A stretch of DNA of 64,000 nt, taken from positions 1,540 to 65,539 of the forward strand of contig DASXZJ010000090.1 in NCBI GenBank assembly GCA_036502025.1, written 5' to 3'. The stretch is from Acidimicrobiales bacterium (GTDB lineage Bacteria; Actinomycetota; Acidimicrobiia; Acidimicrobiales; RAAP-2). The notes under the pieces were generated by a model that saw only the letters and a program-made list of their open reading frames with translations, had not been told where the DNA came from and ran no database searches. Within the stretch, counting starts at the first letter, position 1. Each line of letters starts with the position of its first letter. The translations under genes and the position numbers were made by a program. This document shows positions 36,528 to 44,063 of the stretch, piece by piece.

Positions 36528-37222
36528 GCGAACCATGGTTGGGTTCCGAACTTGACGCCATGGTCAACGGTTATCTCAACGAGCTCTCCGATGCCCTCGG
36601 GAGACTGCCGGCCACCCAGCGTGACCACCTGGTCAGCGAGATCCGTGAGCACATCGCCGAGCTCCGGGCCGAACGCTCCGTCCGTGATCGCTCCGATATG
36701 GAGGCGCTCCTCAACCGCGTGGGCCTGCCCGAGGACATCGCCGCCGTGGCGCTCGAGGGCGAGGACGAGGAGTCCGATCCCGTGCTGGTTCCGCCGGCGC
36801 CGGCACTGCCCCTCGGACAGCGGCTGAACGTCTCGCGGCGCACGATGGTCGTCGTGGGGGCGGTCGCGGTGGCCTTCATCATCTTCGTGGTCGCGGTGGC
36901 CGGGGTCTTCAGCGATGGGTCATTTCACGGGTCATCGTCGGCGATCGTCACCAATCCCGCCGGAGCCGTGCTTCCCGGTCCGGTTCCCCCGAACCTCCCC
37001 GGCCCGCTGATGGGTACCGTGCCCAACGTGATCGGGGAGAGCCAGGCCGCCGCCGAGGAGACGATGATCGGCGCCGGCTGGAGCTACACCATCGAGGAGA
37101 CACCGTCGACTGCGGTGGCGGCGGGGACGGTCCTGGCCCAGGAGCCGGCGGCCGGCTCAACCGGGGTGCTCCGCCGGCCCGTCGTCATCATCGTTTCATC
37201 GGGGCCGACGTCGACCAGCTGA
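36524..37222 (+). CDS. single-pass membrane protein: DUF1700/HAAS-like cytoplasmic domain, TM, extracytoplasmic PASTA domain
   Basis: ATGA overlap with padR. YLNELSDALGRLPATQRDHLVSEIREHIAEL, then TM TMVVVGAVAVAFIIFVVAVAGVF. PASTA-like VPNVIGESQAAAEETMIGAGWSY...GTVLAQEPAAGSTGVLRRPVVIIVSSG. Confidence 0.75.
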   Translation: MSEPWLGSELDAMVNGYLNELSDALGRLPATQRDHLVSEIREHIAELRAERSVRDRSDMEALLNRVGLPEDIAAVALEGEDEESDPVLVPPAPALPLGQRLNVSRRTMVVVGAVAVAFIIFVVAVAGVFSDGSFHGSSSAIVTNPAGAVLPGPVPPNLPGPLMGTVPNVIGESQAAAEETMIGAGWSYTIEETPSTAVAAGTVLAQEPAAGSTGVLRRPVVIIVSSGPTSTS

Positions 37223-37342
37223 TCAGTGGTGGGGAGGGCGCTCCCGCTCCTGGCGCTCGGCCCAGCAGCGGTCGCAGTCCTCGCACGAGGCGTGGATGCC
37301 CGGGTGGCCGCAGCGCGGGCACCGGATCTCGGGCTCGGTCAC
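37223..37342 (-). CDS. candidate 39-codon Cys-rich (zinc-ribbon-like) mini-protein
   Basis: VTEPEIRCPRCGHPGIHASCEDCDRCWAERQERERPPHH. Its GTG shares one nt with the TAG stop of the upstream 1050-aa gene (TAGTG). It exactly fills the gap to the convergent gene. No homology support. Confidence 0.3.
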   Translation of the reverse strand: MTEPEIRCPRCGHPGIHASCEDCDRCWAERQERERPPHH

Positions 37343-40300
37343 TAACGGGCTGACCCTGTCGGCAGGATGGGCTCGGGCTCCGGTTGGGCGCCGTTGGAGC
37401 CGTTGCCGTCGGGCAAGGCCTCGAGGACGGCCTCGGGCACGGCGGGGCCCGAGCGCTTGGCCACCCCGGTGGTGAGCAAGCGGCCGATGACGGGGACCTC
37501 GGTCAGCGACTCGGCCCGCATGATCTGTACCGTCACCGGCACGAACTGCTCGGCCGAGTCGAAGACGATGTAGCGCGGGAGCCACTTGGGCTCGTACTTG
37601 GCGTTGAAGCGCCACAGTGTCTCGATCTGCAGGACGCCGGACAGCCGGCGCAGGGCCCAGCGCTCGACCCGTTGGGTGACGCCGTCGCCCGATTCGCCGT
37701 CGAGGATGGATCGCATAGCGGCGAAGTTGAGGCTCAATCCCTTCATGCCGCGTTCCTTCAAGTGGGTGATCGTCGAGCACAGCGCGAAGTCGAGCAGCCC
37801 GTTGGGATGCTCAGCCGGATCACGGCGCATGAGGTCCAACGAGAAGCCGCCGATCGCCGGCGACGGGACGAACTGGCACATGGCCACCGGAGCGCCGTCA
37901 GGACCCTCGACCAACGTGAGGAGGAGCCCGGTGTCGCGGCTGTCGAACAGCCGCCCGAGCATCATGGAGAAACCGCGCTCCTGGTCGCCGCGCCGGCTCT
38001 TGGCCATCAGTTCGACCAGCCGGGCGGCATCAGCCGTACTCAGGCGCGCCGGATCCAGGAAGCGCACGGTGTAGCCGTAGCGGGCGACGCGGTTCACGGC
38101 CTGGCGCAGGCCCTTCATCTTGCCGCCCTCGAGCGAGAACGTCCGGGGGTCGACCACCGCTTCGTCCCCGATGTAGAGGAAGCGCATGCCCGAGGCCTGA
38201 TAGGTCGGGAGCCACTCCTCGCCCGCCGCCATGACGCCCAGGCCCCACCCGTTCGCATCGACGTGACGCCGGAAGGCATCCCAAACGTGCGCCCGCTCGG
38301 TGAAGGGGCCGATGGGATCGGGTGAGACGAGGCACACGCCACCGAACACGGCATAGGCCACCATGGAGTCACGGTGGAAGAACCATTGCTTGTCGTCACG
38401 CAAGGCGAAGTAATCCAGTGTGCCGGTGCCGTGACGCCGCACGATGTCGCGGGCCCGCAGTTCGGCGGCCCGACGGCCCACCGCAGCCCGCCCGGTCGAC
38501 AGCTGGCGATCGACTACCGGCCGGGTGAGCAGGTAGAGGGCGAACACGATGAGGGTGATCCCCACCGCCAGGAGGCTCCACGACGCGTAGCGGTTGATGT
38601 GGACCGGGAAGCGGACCGCCTGGATGCCGATCAGGCGCTCGGCCGACCCCAGGAGCACGTTGGGCCAATAGGGCAGCTGATGGTGGTGCACCCGAGCGGC
38701 CACCTCGACGGCGATGAACGACCCGACTGTCGCCGCGACCCCGCCCAGGGCCAGGATGAGGAACGCGGAGAAGATGGTCCCCTGCTCGGTGGCGGCCCGG
38801 AAGCGCTCCCGTTGGACGACAAGGAGGACGAGCACAGCCGCACATATCAGTAGGTTGAACACGTCGGCGGCATGGATGACGTGTAACGCCAGCGTGGCCG
38901 AGAGGAGGCCCACGGCGACCATCCACGAGCGACGCTGGCCCCTGAGCACCCCGCGAGACAGCATGATCATCCCGATGCCTGAGATGGCCACCAGCGCGCC
39001 GGCGGCCTGGGACACCTCAACGGGCAGGTACTGCGCGATGAGGTGGAGGTGGGTGCGCACGGGGGAGGTGACCGCGGAGAGAAGGTCGATGAATCCGGCC
39101 ACGAAGAGCGAGACCGCCGCCAGTCGGCGGATGCGGCGCACCCTGATCCGATCGGCCGCCACCTCGGGGGCGGGCGGCCATGACGAGCCACTGGGCCAGC
39201 TGGCCACCAACTCCGGGTGGAGGTCAGCCGCTCTGGTGCGCCCCTTCACCACCGAGTCGTGGGTGACCAGACGCTCGCCCATGGTGGCCAAGGGCAGGTC
39301 GGCCTCGGCCTGCATCAGGCGCACGTGCAGATCGGCGCCGGTCTCGATCTCCAGCAGTGACATCTGCCGGTGATGCAGGAAGGTGGGAGGGAGCCCGAGC
39401 CGGCCCCGGTGCTCGTGCACCACCTCGGAAGTGGCGCCGGGACAGGCGAAGAAGCCGACGTCGAGATGGGTGAGCTCGGCGACGAGGGCCCCGCCTACGA
39501 CCACCCCGGCCGCCCCGACCTCGACCGCGGCCCGGGTGACGTCGAGCACGTCGACGCCGTCGATGCAGAGGAGCGAGTGCGCGGTCGGACGCGTGCCCTG
39601 GCTGCGCGTCCCGCCCGAGGCCCACGGCGTAGGGAGACCGTCACCGCCGAGGGCGCGCCAGATGCCGCGCGAGGTCATCGCGACCACCAGGGCCAGGATG
39701 AGGAGGAGCGCCACCGCAATGGCCAGGGTCACCAGGAACCGGGAGAACCATGACGCGTTGTACGCGTGCTGCAGGGCGCGCTGCTGGCGCGGCGATCGGA
39801 ACAGGTGGCCCAGGCCGTCGACCACGAACTCGAGTCGCAACAGGAGGGCTACCCCGGCCAATACCAACGGTGGTGCCCACAGATAGCGGCGCAGCCGGCG
39901 ATAGAGCAACCGGGAGGTGACGAACCGGCGGGCCAGGCGCGGGTCGTCGAGCCGTTCGAGGCCGACGAGCCAGGGTCGCTCGTCACTGGGCCCGGCGTCG
40001 ATGGGCGGGTTGGTGTCCGGCCGCGCCTGGCCCGAACGCACCAGCACGGTCCGCGTTCCGGTACCGGTCACACACTGCAGATCGGCACCGCCCACGATTT
40101 CGACCCCGAGACGAGCCAGGGCCCCGTTGAGCTCGCCGGCCTCGGCCGTCGGCGCGCCCAACGCAATGACCCGTGAGTCAGGCCGGGCGGCGAAGTTCCC
40201 GAGCGCGCCGGTCAGCTCGCCGTGGGCCGCCAACGCGTCGGCGGGCCCGGGCGATTCGTCGCAACCGGGAGCGATGAGCTGGCCGCAGAGCACGACGATG

Positions 40301-40494
40301 CCCGGACCCTGCCAGTCCGAGAGCAGCTGCTCTATGTCGTGGGCACCGGCCAGCGAGGTCGGTGAGGGAGTCGGAGGCAGCAGAAGGTCACCGATCACCA
40401 CCACCCGCCGACCGAGGGCGACGTCGATCGTCACCGACGGCTCGGGGCGCGGGTCGAGATCGATCCCGTCCCCCGAGTGGTCGTCCATAGTCAT
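37342..40494 (-). CDS. MprF-like aminoacyl-phosphatidylglycerol synthase family membrane protein (C-terminal DUF2156 domain) with an atypical N-terminal half of about 480 aa
   Basis: C-terminal HGTGTLDYFALRDDKQWFF, FLYIGDEAVVDPRTFSLEGGKMKGLRQAVNR, RGFSMMLGRLFD and LNFAAMRS. Six TM helices precede it. The N-terminal half is two soluble segments split by a TM hairpin. Confidence 0.75.
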   Translation of the reverse strand: MTMDDHSGDGIDLDPRPEPSVTIDVALGRRVVVIGDLLLPPTPSPTSLAGAHDIEQLLSDWQGPGIVVLCGQLIAPGCDESPGPADALAAHGELTGALGNFAARPDSRVIALGAPTAEAGELNGALARLGVEIVGGADLQCVTGTGTRTVLVRSGQARPDTNPPIDAGPSDERPWLVGLERLDDPRLARRFVTSRLLYRRLRRYLWAPPLVLAGVALLLRLEFVVDGLGHLFRSPRQQRALQHAYNASWFSRFLVTLAIAVALLLILALVVAMTSRGIWRALGGDGLPTPWASGGTRSQGTRPTAHSLLCIDGVDVLDVTRAAVEVGAAGVVVGGALVAELTHLDVGFFACPGATSEVVHEHRGRLGLPPTFLHHRQMSLLEIETGADLHVRLMQAEADLPLATMGERLVTHDSVVKGRTRAADLHPELVASWPSGSSWPPAPEVAADRIRVRRIRRLAAVSLFVAGFIDLLSAVTSPVRTHLHLIAQYLPVEVSQAAGALVAISGIGMIMLSRGVLRGQRRSWMVAVGLLSATLALHVIHAADVFNLLICAAVLVLLVVQRERFRAATEQGTIFSAFLILALGGVAATVGSFIAVEVAARVHHHQLPYWPNVLLGSAERLIGIQAVRFPVHINRYASWSLLAVGITLIVFALYLLTRPVVDRQLSTGRAAVGRRAAELRARDIVRRHGTGTLDYFALRDDKQWFFHRDSMVAYAVFGGVCLVSPDPIGPFTERAHVWDAFRRHVDANGWGLGVMAAGEEWLPTYQASGMRFLYIGDEAVVDPRTFSLEGGKMKGLRQAVNRVARYGYTVRFLDPARLSTADAARLVELMAKSRRGDQERGFSMMLGRLFDSRDTGLLLTLVEGPDGAPVAMCQFVPSPAIGGFSLDLMRRDPAEHPNGLLDFALCSTITHLKERGMKGLSLNFAAMRSILDGESGDGVTQRVERWALRRLSGVLQIETLWRFNAKYEPKWLPRYIVFDSAEQFVPVTVQIMRAESLTEVPVIGRLLTTGVAKRSGPAVPEAVLEALPDGNGSNGAQPEPEPILPTGSAR

Positions 40495-40573
40495 GCCGCG
40501 TCCATAGTCTCACCATCTGGCCGCTTCGCCTCTTCTCCTCAGGTGGGATGGTCGACCGCCAGGGCTGGCAGGC

Positions 40574-41140
40574 ATGCCCGGTAAGCTGGACTTTCGTGCC
40601 GTGCGTCACCCCCGATCGGCCCATCGGCCGGCTATGACCCTGGAGGGGGAGGCCCATCCCAACTGGCGCTGGCACGACGAAGGGGGAGCGCGTCACCCGG
40701 GCGGGCCCGCCGTGGTCTTCGACATCGACGGGGTCCTGTCCGACGCCGCCGGCCGCCAGCATTTCCTCGAAAGAGGGAGGCGGGACTGGTCAGCCTTCTT
40801 CGAGGCCTGCGGGGACGACCCGGTCATCGAGGAGATCGCCCGCCTCCTGGAGCTCCTCGACCCGGCGCTGGCCGTGGTCCTGCTGACGGGCCGACCGCGG
40901 CGCGTCCAGCCCCAGACATTGGCCTGGCTGCACCGCTACGGCCTTCGCTGGGACCTCCTGGTCATGCGCGATCGCGGGGACTACGCCCAGGTGACCTCGT
41001 TCAAGCAGAACGTGGTGGCCGATCTCCGAGCCCAGGGCTTCGACCTGCGGCTGGCCTTCGAGGACGATCCCTCGAACCATGCCATGTACGTGGCGGCCGG
41101 CATTCCCTGCGTGTACATCCACTCGGGGTACTACGCCTGA
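40574..41140 (+). CDS. HAD-superfamily phosphatase-like protein
   Basis: VVFDIDGVLSD (a DxDG nucleophile motif), LLTGRP and FEDDPSN. ATG 40634 is an alternative start. Confidence 0.65.
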   Translation: MPGKLDFRAVRHPRSAHRPAMTLEGEAHPNWRWHDEGGARHPGGPAVVFDIDGVLSDAAGRQHFLERGRRDWSAFFEACGDDPVIEEIARLLELLDPALAVVLLTGRPRRVQPQTLAWLHRYGLRWDLLVMRDRGDYAQVTSFKQNVVADLRAQGFDLRLAFEDDPSNHAMYVAAGIPCVYIHSGYYA

Positions 41141-42624
41141 GCCGTCCTCCGTTGCCGCCGCCACCCCGCGAGCAACGCCGCGGCGGCCAGCACGAGCACC
41201 GGCAGGTCGCCCAGATGGTCATAGGGCGTGAAGCCACGCCGCAGCGCGATCGTGGCGGTGAGTACCTGCGGCGCGCCGAGGACGGTCCGCCGGAGGACGA
41301 CGCCGCGCGGCGTGACGACCGTGCTGTAGCCGGTCGGCGCCGCCTGCAGCAGGTCACGCCCGGTCTCGACCGCCTGGACGGCGTCCGCCGCCACCTCCTG
41401 GGTCGGCACCTGCGACGTGGCGTACGACGCCGTGTTGGTGGGGACCACCAACAGTTCGGCCCCGGCCCGGACCGACGTGCGGCTGCGGCTGGCGTAGAAG
41501 ACTTCGAACGACACCAGGGTGCCCAGCGGCCCGGCGGGCGTGCGCATCAGCCCGTCGCCGTGGCCCGGCACCTCGTCGGTCGGCACGGCGGACACATCGG
41601 CCAGGTGGGAGATCAGCGACCGCCACGGTATGTACTCCCCGAACGGGACCCGGTGCACCTTCTCGAAGGTCGCCACAATGTTGCCGCGCGGTCCCCAGGC
41701 GACGATCCGGTTGTAGAAGGTGGTCGTCGACGCCGGCGCCGTGATGCCGGCCACCAACGTCGTGTGCAGCTGCCGCGCCACCGTCGCCATCAGGGTGGCC
41801 TCGCTCGATCCTCGGAGGGATCGGTCCAGGGCGATGACGTCCTCGGGCCACAGGACCAGATCGGGTGCCGGCCCATCGTCACCGAGGCGAATGGTGTCCT
41901 CGACCTGGGCACGAAAGACGGCGGCCGCCGACACCTGCTCCTTGGAGAGGCCACGCGTGCCCCCGCCCTGGACCAGCGCCGCCGTGATGGAGCGCACCGG
42001 CGGACCACCATCGGGCACGAGCGCACCGATGACCACCAGGAGCGCCAGCCCGGCCAGGATCGCCATCCCCCGGGCGGAGCGGGCGCGGGTCTCGCCGCGG
42101 CGGGCCCGGCGGCGACCGCCCACGAGAGTGGCCAGGCCCACCCCACCCAGCCAGACGCCGGCGGTGAGCAGGAGCGGACCGCCGAGCCGGGCCAGCTGGA
42201 GCAGAGGGCCGTCCGCCTGCCCCAGGAAGACACCGCCCAGCGGCAGACCCCCGAAGGGCCAGGTCATGCGGACCGCCTCGACCAGGGTGCTGGCCGCCAC
42301 GAAGGCGGGCGCCCGGCCCCGGTGCGGTGGGGTCAGCGCGGCCGCCACGGCGATGAACAGGGCCTCGAGCAGCACGAGGACGAGCGCGCCATACCAATTG
42401 AAGGTGCCGGCCCACCAGAGTCCGGGGGCATAGCAGCCGAGGCCGGCCAGCCAACCCGCCCACACCCTCGTCCCGACGGGCAGCCCGGCCAGCCGCCAGT
42501 AGAGCAGTCCCGCTCCGGCCAGACCCAGGGGCCACCATCCCCAGGGGGGCAACGAGCCGGCCAGCAGGACGCCGGCGAGCAGCGACGGCAGGATGATCCG
42601 GCCGCGCCGAGTGGGGAGGTTCAC
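41131..42624 (-). CDS. lnt: apolipoprotein N-acyltransferase (Lnt)-like CN-hydrolase membrane protein with Ser at the catalytic Cys position
   Basis: Multi-TM N-terminus. LVLWPED (Glu), FEKVHRVPFGEYIP (Lys), and LGTLVSFEVFY where ICYE is expected. GTGA overlap with the hemY stop. Confidence 0.75.
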   Translation of the reverse strand: MNLPTRRGRIILPSLLAGVLLAGSLPPWGWWPLGLAGAGLLYWRLAGLPVGTRVWAGWLAGLGCYAPGLWWAGTFNWYGALVLVLLEALFIAVAAALTPPHRGRAPAFVAASTLVEAVRMTWPFGGLPLGGVFLGQADGPLLQLARLGGPLLLTAGVWLGGVGLATLVGGRRRARRGETRARSARGMAILAGLALLVVIGALVPDGGPPVRSITAALVQGGGTRGLSKEQVSAAAVFRAQVEDTIRLGDDGPAPDLVLWPEDVIALDRSLRGSSEATLMATVARQLHTTLVAGITAPASTTTFYNRIVAWGPRGNIVATFEKVHRVPFGEYIPWRSLISHLADVSAVPTDEVPGHGDGLMRTPAGPLGTLVSFEVFYASRSRTSVRAGAELLVVPTNTASYATSQVPTQEVAADAVQAVETGRDLLQAAPTGYSTVVTPRGVVLRRTVLGAPQVLTATIALRRGFTPYDHLGDLPVLVLAAAALLAGWRRQRRTAQA

Positions 42625-44051
42625 GGACCGGCGCCCATGACGGCCCGGGCCGCCGCCCGCCCGCTGGCGATGCAGGCCGGGATCCCCACCCCCCGGTAGG
42701 CCGCCCCGGCCACGGCGACGGTGCCCAGCCGGGCCATCGCCGCCTCGATACCGGTGGTCCGCAGGAGGTGGTGCACCCGGTACTGAGGGAAGGCCTGCGG
42801 CCAGCGGGTCACCATGGCGTCGACCGGCTCTCCCGCCACGCCCATGAGCTGACCGAGCTCGTGCCAGGCCCGCTCGGACAGCTCGGTGTCGTCCCAGCCG
42901 CCGAACCGCTCGTCACCGAACCGGCCGACGGAGGCCCGCAGGAGTACCTCACCGTGGCGCGCCAGGTTCGGCCACTTGGCCGAGAGATAGGTGCACGCCG
43001 TGACGGCCCAGCCGTCGGCACTCGCCGCGCCGGCGCTGCGTCGGGGGACGAGGAAGCCGGTCCCGCTCAGCGGCCGGGTCAGCGCGTCCGGCGTCGTGCG
43101 GAAGGTGATCAGGGCCACCGACGCGTACTCGATGGCGCCGAGCAAGCCGGCCGCCTCGCCGTCGTGCGGACCGAGGAGCGCGCCGGCTGCCGGGGCGGGC
43201 ACGGCGAGGACCACGGCGTCGGCCGGCGTCTCGGTGTCGCCGGTGATCACGCTCCACCCCGCCGCGGCGCGCTCGAGGCGTGTCACCGGCACGGCGCTAC
43301 GGATCGTCACGCCCCTCGCCGACAGCGCCGCTTCGAGCTGATGCACCACGGACGCCATGCCATCGGCCAACGTCCAGAACAGCGGGGGCGCCTCAGCAGC
43401 TGGCGCCGGCTCGGGCACCGTGGCGCGCAGGGCGCGCATGAGGCTGCCGCGGGTCTGTGCCGCCGTGAGGAGCGGGGGGAAGGTGGCGGCGGCGGACATG
43501 TCGTCCACCGAGCCCGCGTGGATCCCACCGATCAGGGGGTCGACCAGCCGATCGACCACCCGCCGGCCGAGCTTGCGGGTCACCAGCGGTCCGATGGCCC
43601 GGTCGCCGATGGGGCCGCGCCAGTCGGGGCGGGGGAGCAGGGCGTCCCGGGCCAGGCTGAGCTGGCCCCGAAGGCCGAGGATGCCCGAGCGCGCCGTGGG
43701 CCAGAACCGCGTGGGGATGCCCAGAGCCAGTCCTTCGGGCAAGGGCCGGAGGCGACCGCGGGCCCATACGCCGGCCCCCCGTTGGCCGATCGGGACCAAC
43801 GCGCCGCCCAGCCCCACCTCGTGGCAGAGCTCCAGCGCTTCGGGCCGGCGGCCGAGGAAGCCGTCGGGACCGGCATCGACGAGCTGACCGCCGAACTCCT
43901 CGGTGCGCAGCATGCCGCCGAGCCGGTCGGACCCCTCCAGGAGGACGACCTCGGGTGCGTCGGCCCGCGGGCCCGACCCACCACCCGTCAGCTCCCACGC
44001 CGCGGCCAAACCGCTGATGCCACCACCCACCACCACGACCCGACGGCTCAC
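42621..44051 (-). CDS. hemY: protoporphyrinogen/coproporphyrinogen III oxidase (HemY/CgoX)
   Basis: FAD motif VVVVGGGISGLAAAWEL. 476 aa. It sits within the hemE-hemH-hemY context. Confidence 0.85.
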   Translation of the reverse strand: MSRRVVVVGGGISGLAAAWELTGGGSGPRADAPEVVLLEGSDRLGGMLRTEEFGGQLVDAGPDGFLGRRPEALELCHEVGLGGALVPIGQRGAGVWARGRLRPLPEGLALGIPTRFWPTARSGILGLRGQLSLARDALLPRPDWRGPIGDRAIGPLVTRKLGRRVVDRLVDPLIGGIHAGSVDDMSAAATFPPLLTAAQTRGSLMRALRATVPEPAPAAEAPPLFWTLADGMASVVHQLEAALSARGVTIRSAVPVTRLERAAAGWSVITGDTETPADAVVLAVPAPAAGALLGPHDGEAAGLLGAIEYASVALITFRTTPDALTRPLSGTGFLVPRRSAGAASADGWAVTACTYLSAKWPNLARHGEVLLRASVGRFGDERFGGWDDTELSERAWHELGQLMGVAGEPVDAMVTRWPQAFPQYRVHHLLRTTGIEAAMARLGTVAVAGAAYRGVGIPACIASGRAAARAVMGAGP

Positions 44052-44063
44052 CGGCTCACCGGC

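Noticed and set aside
37343-37780. Upstream 146 codons of the 185-aa ORF at 37223-37780
   Set aside because: This part lies out of frame inside the conserved DUF2156 domain of the MprF-like gene and is Arg/Pro-rich. Only the last 39 codons, outside that gene, were kept as a low-confidence candidate.
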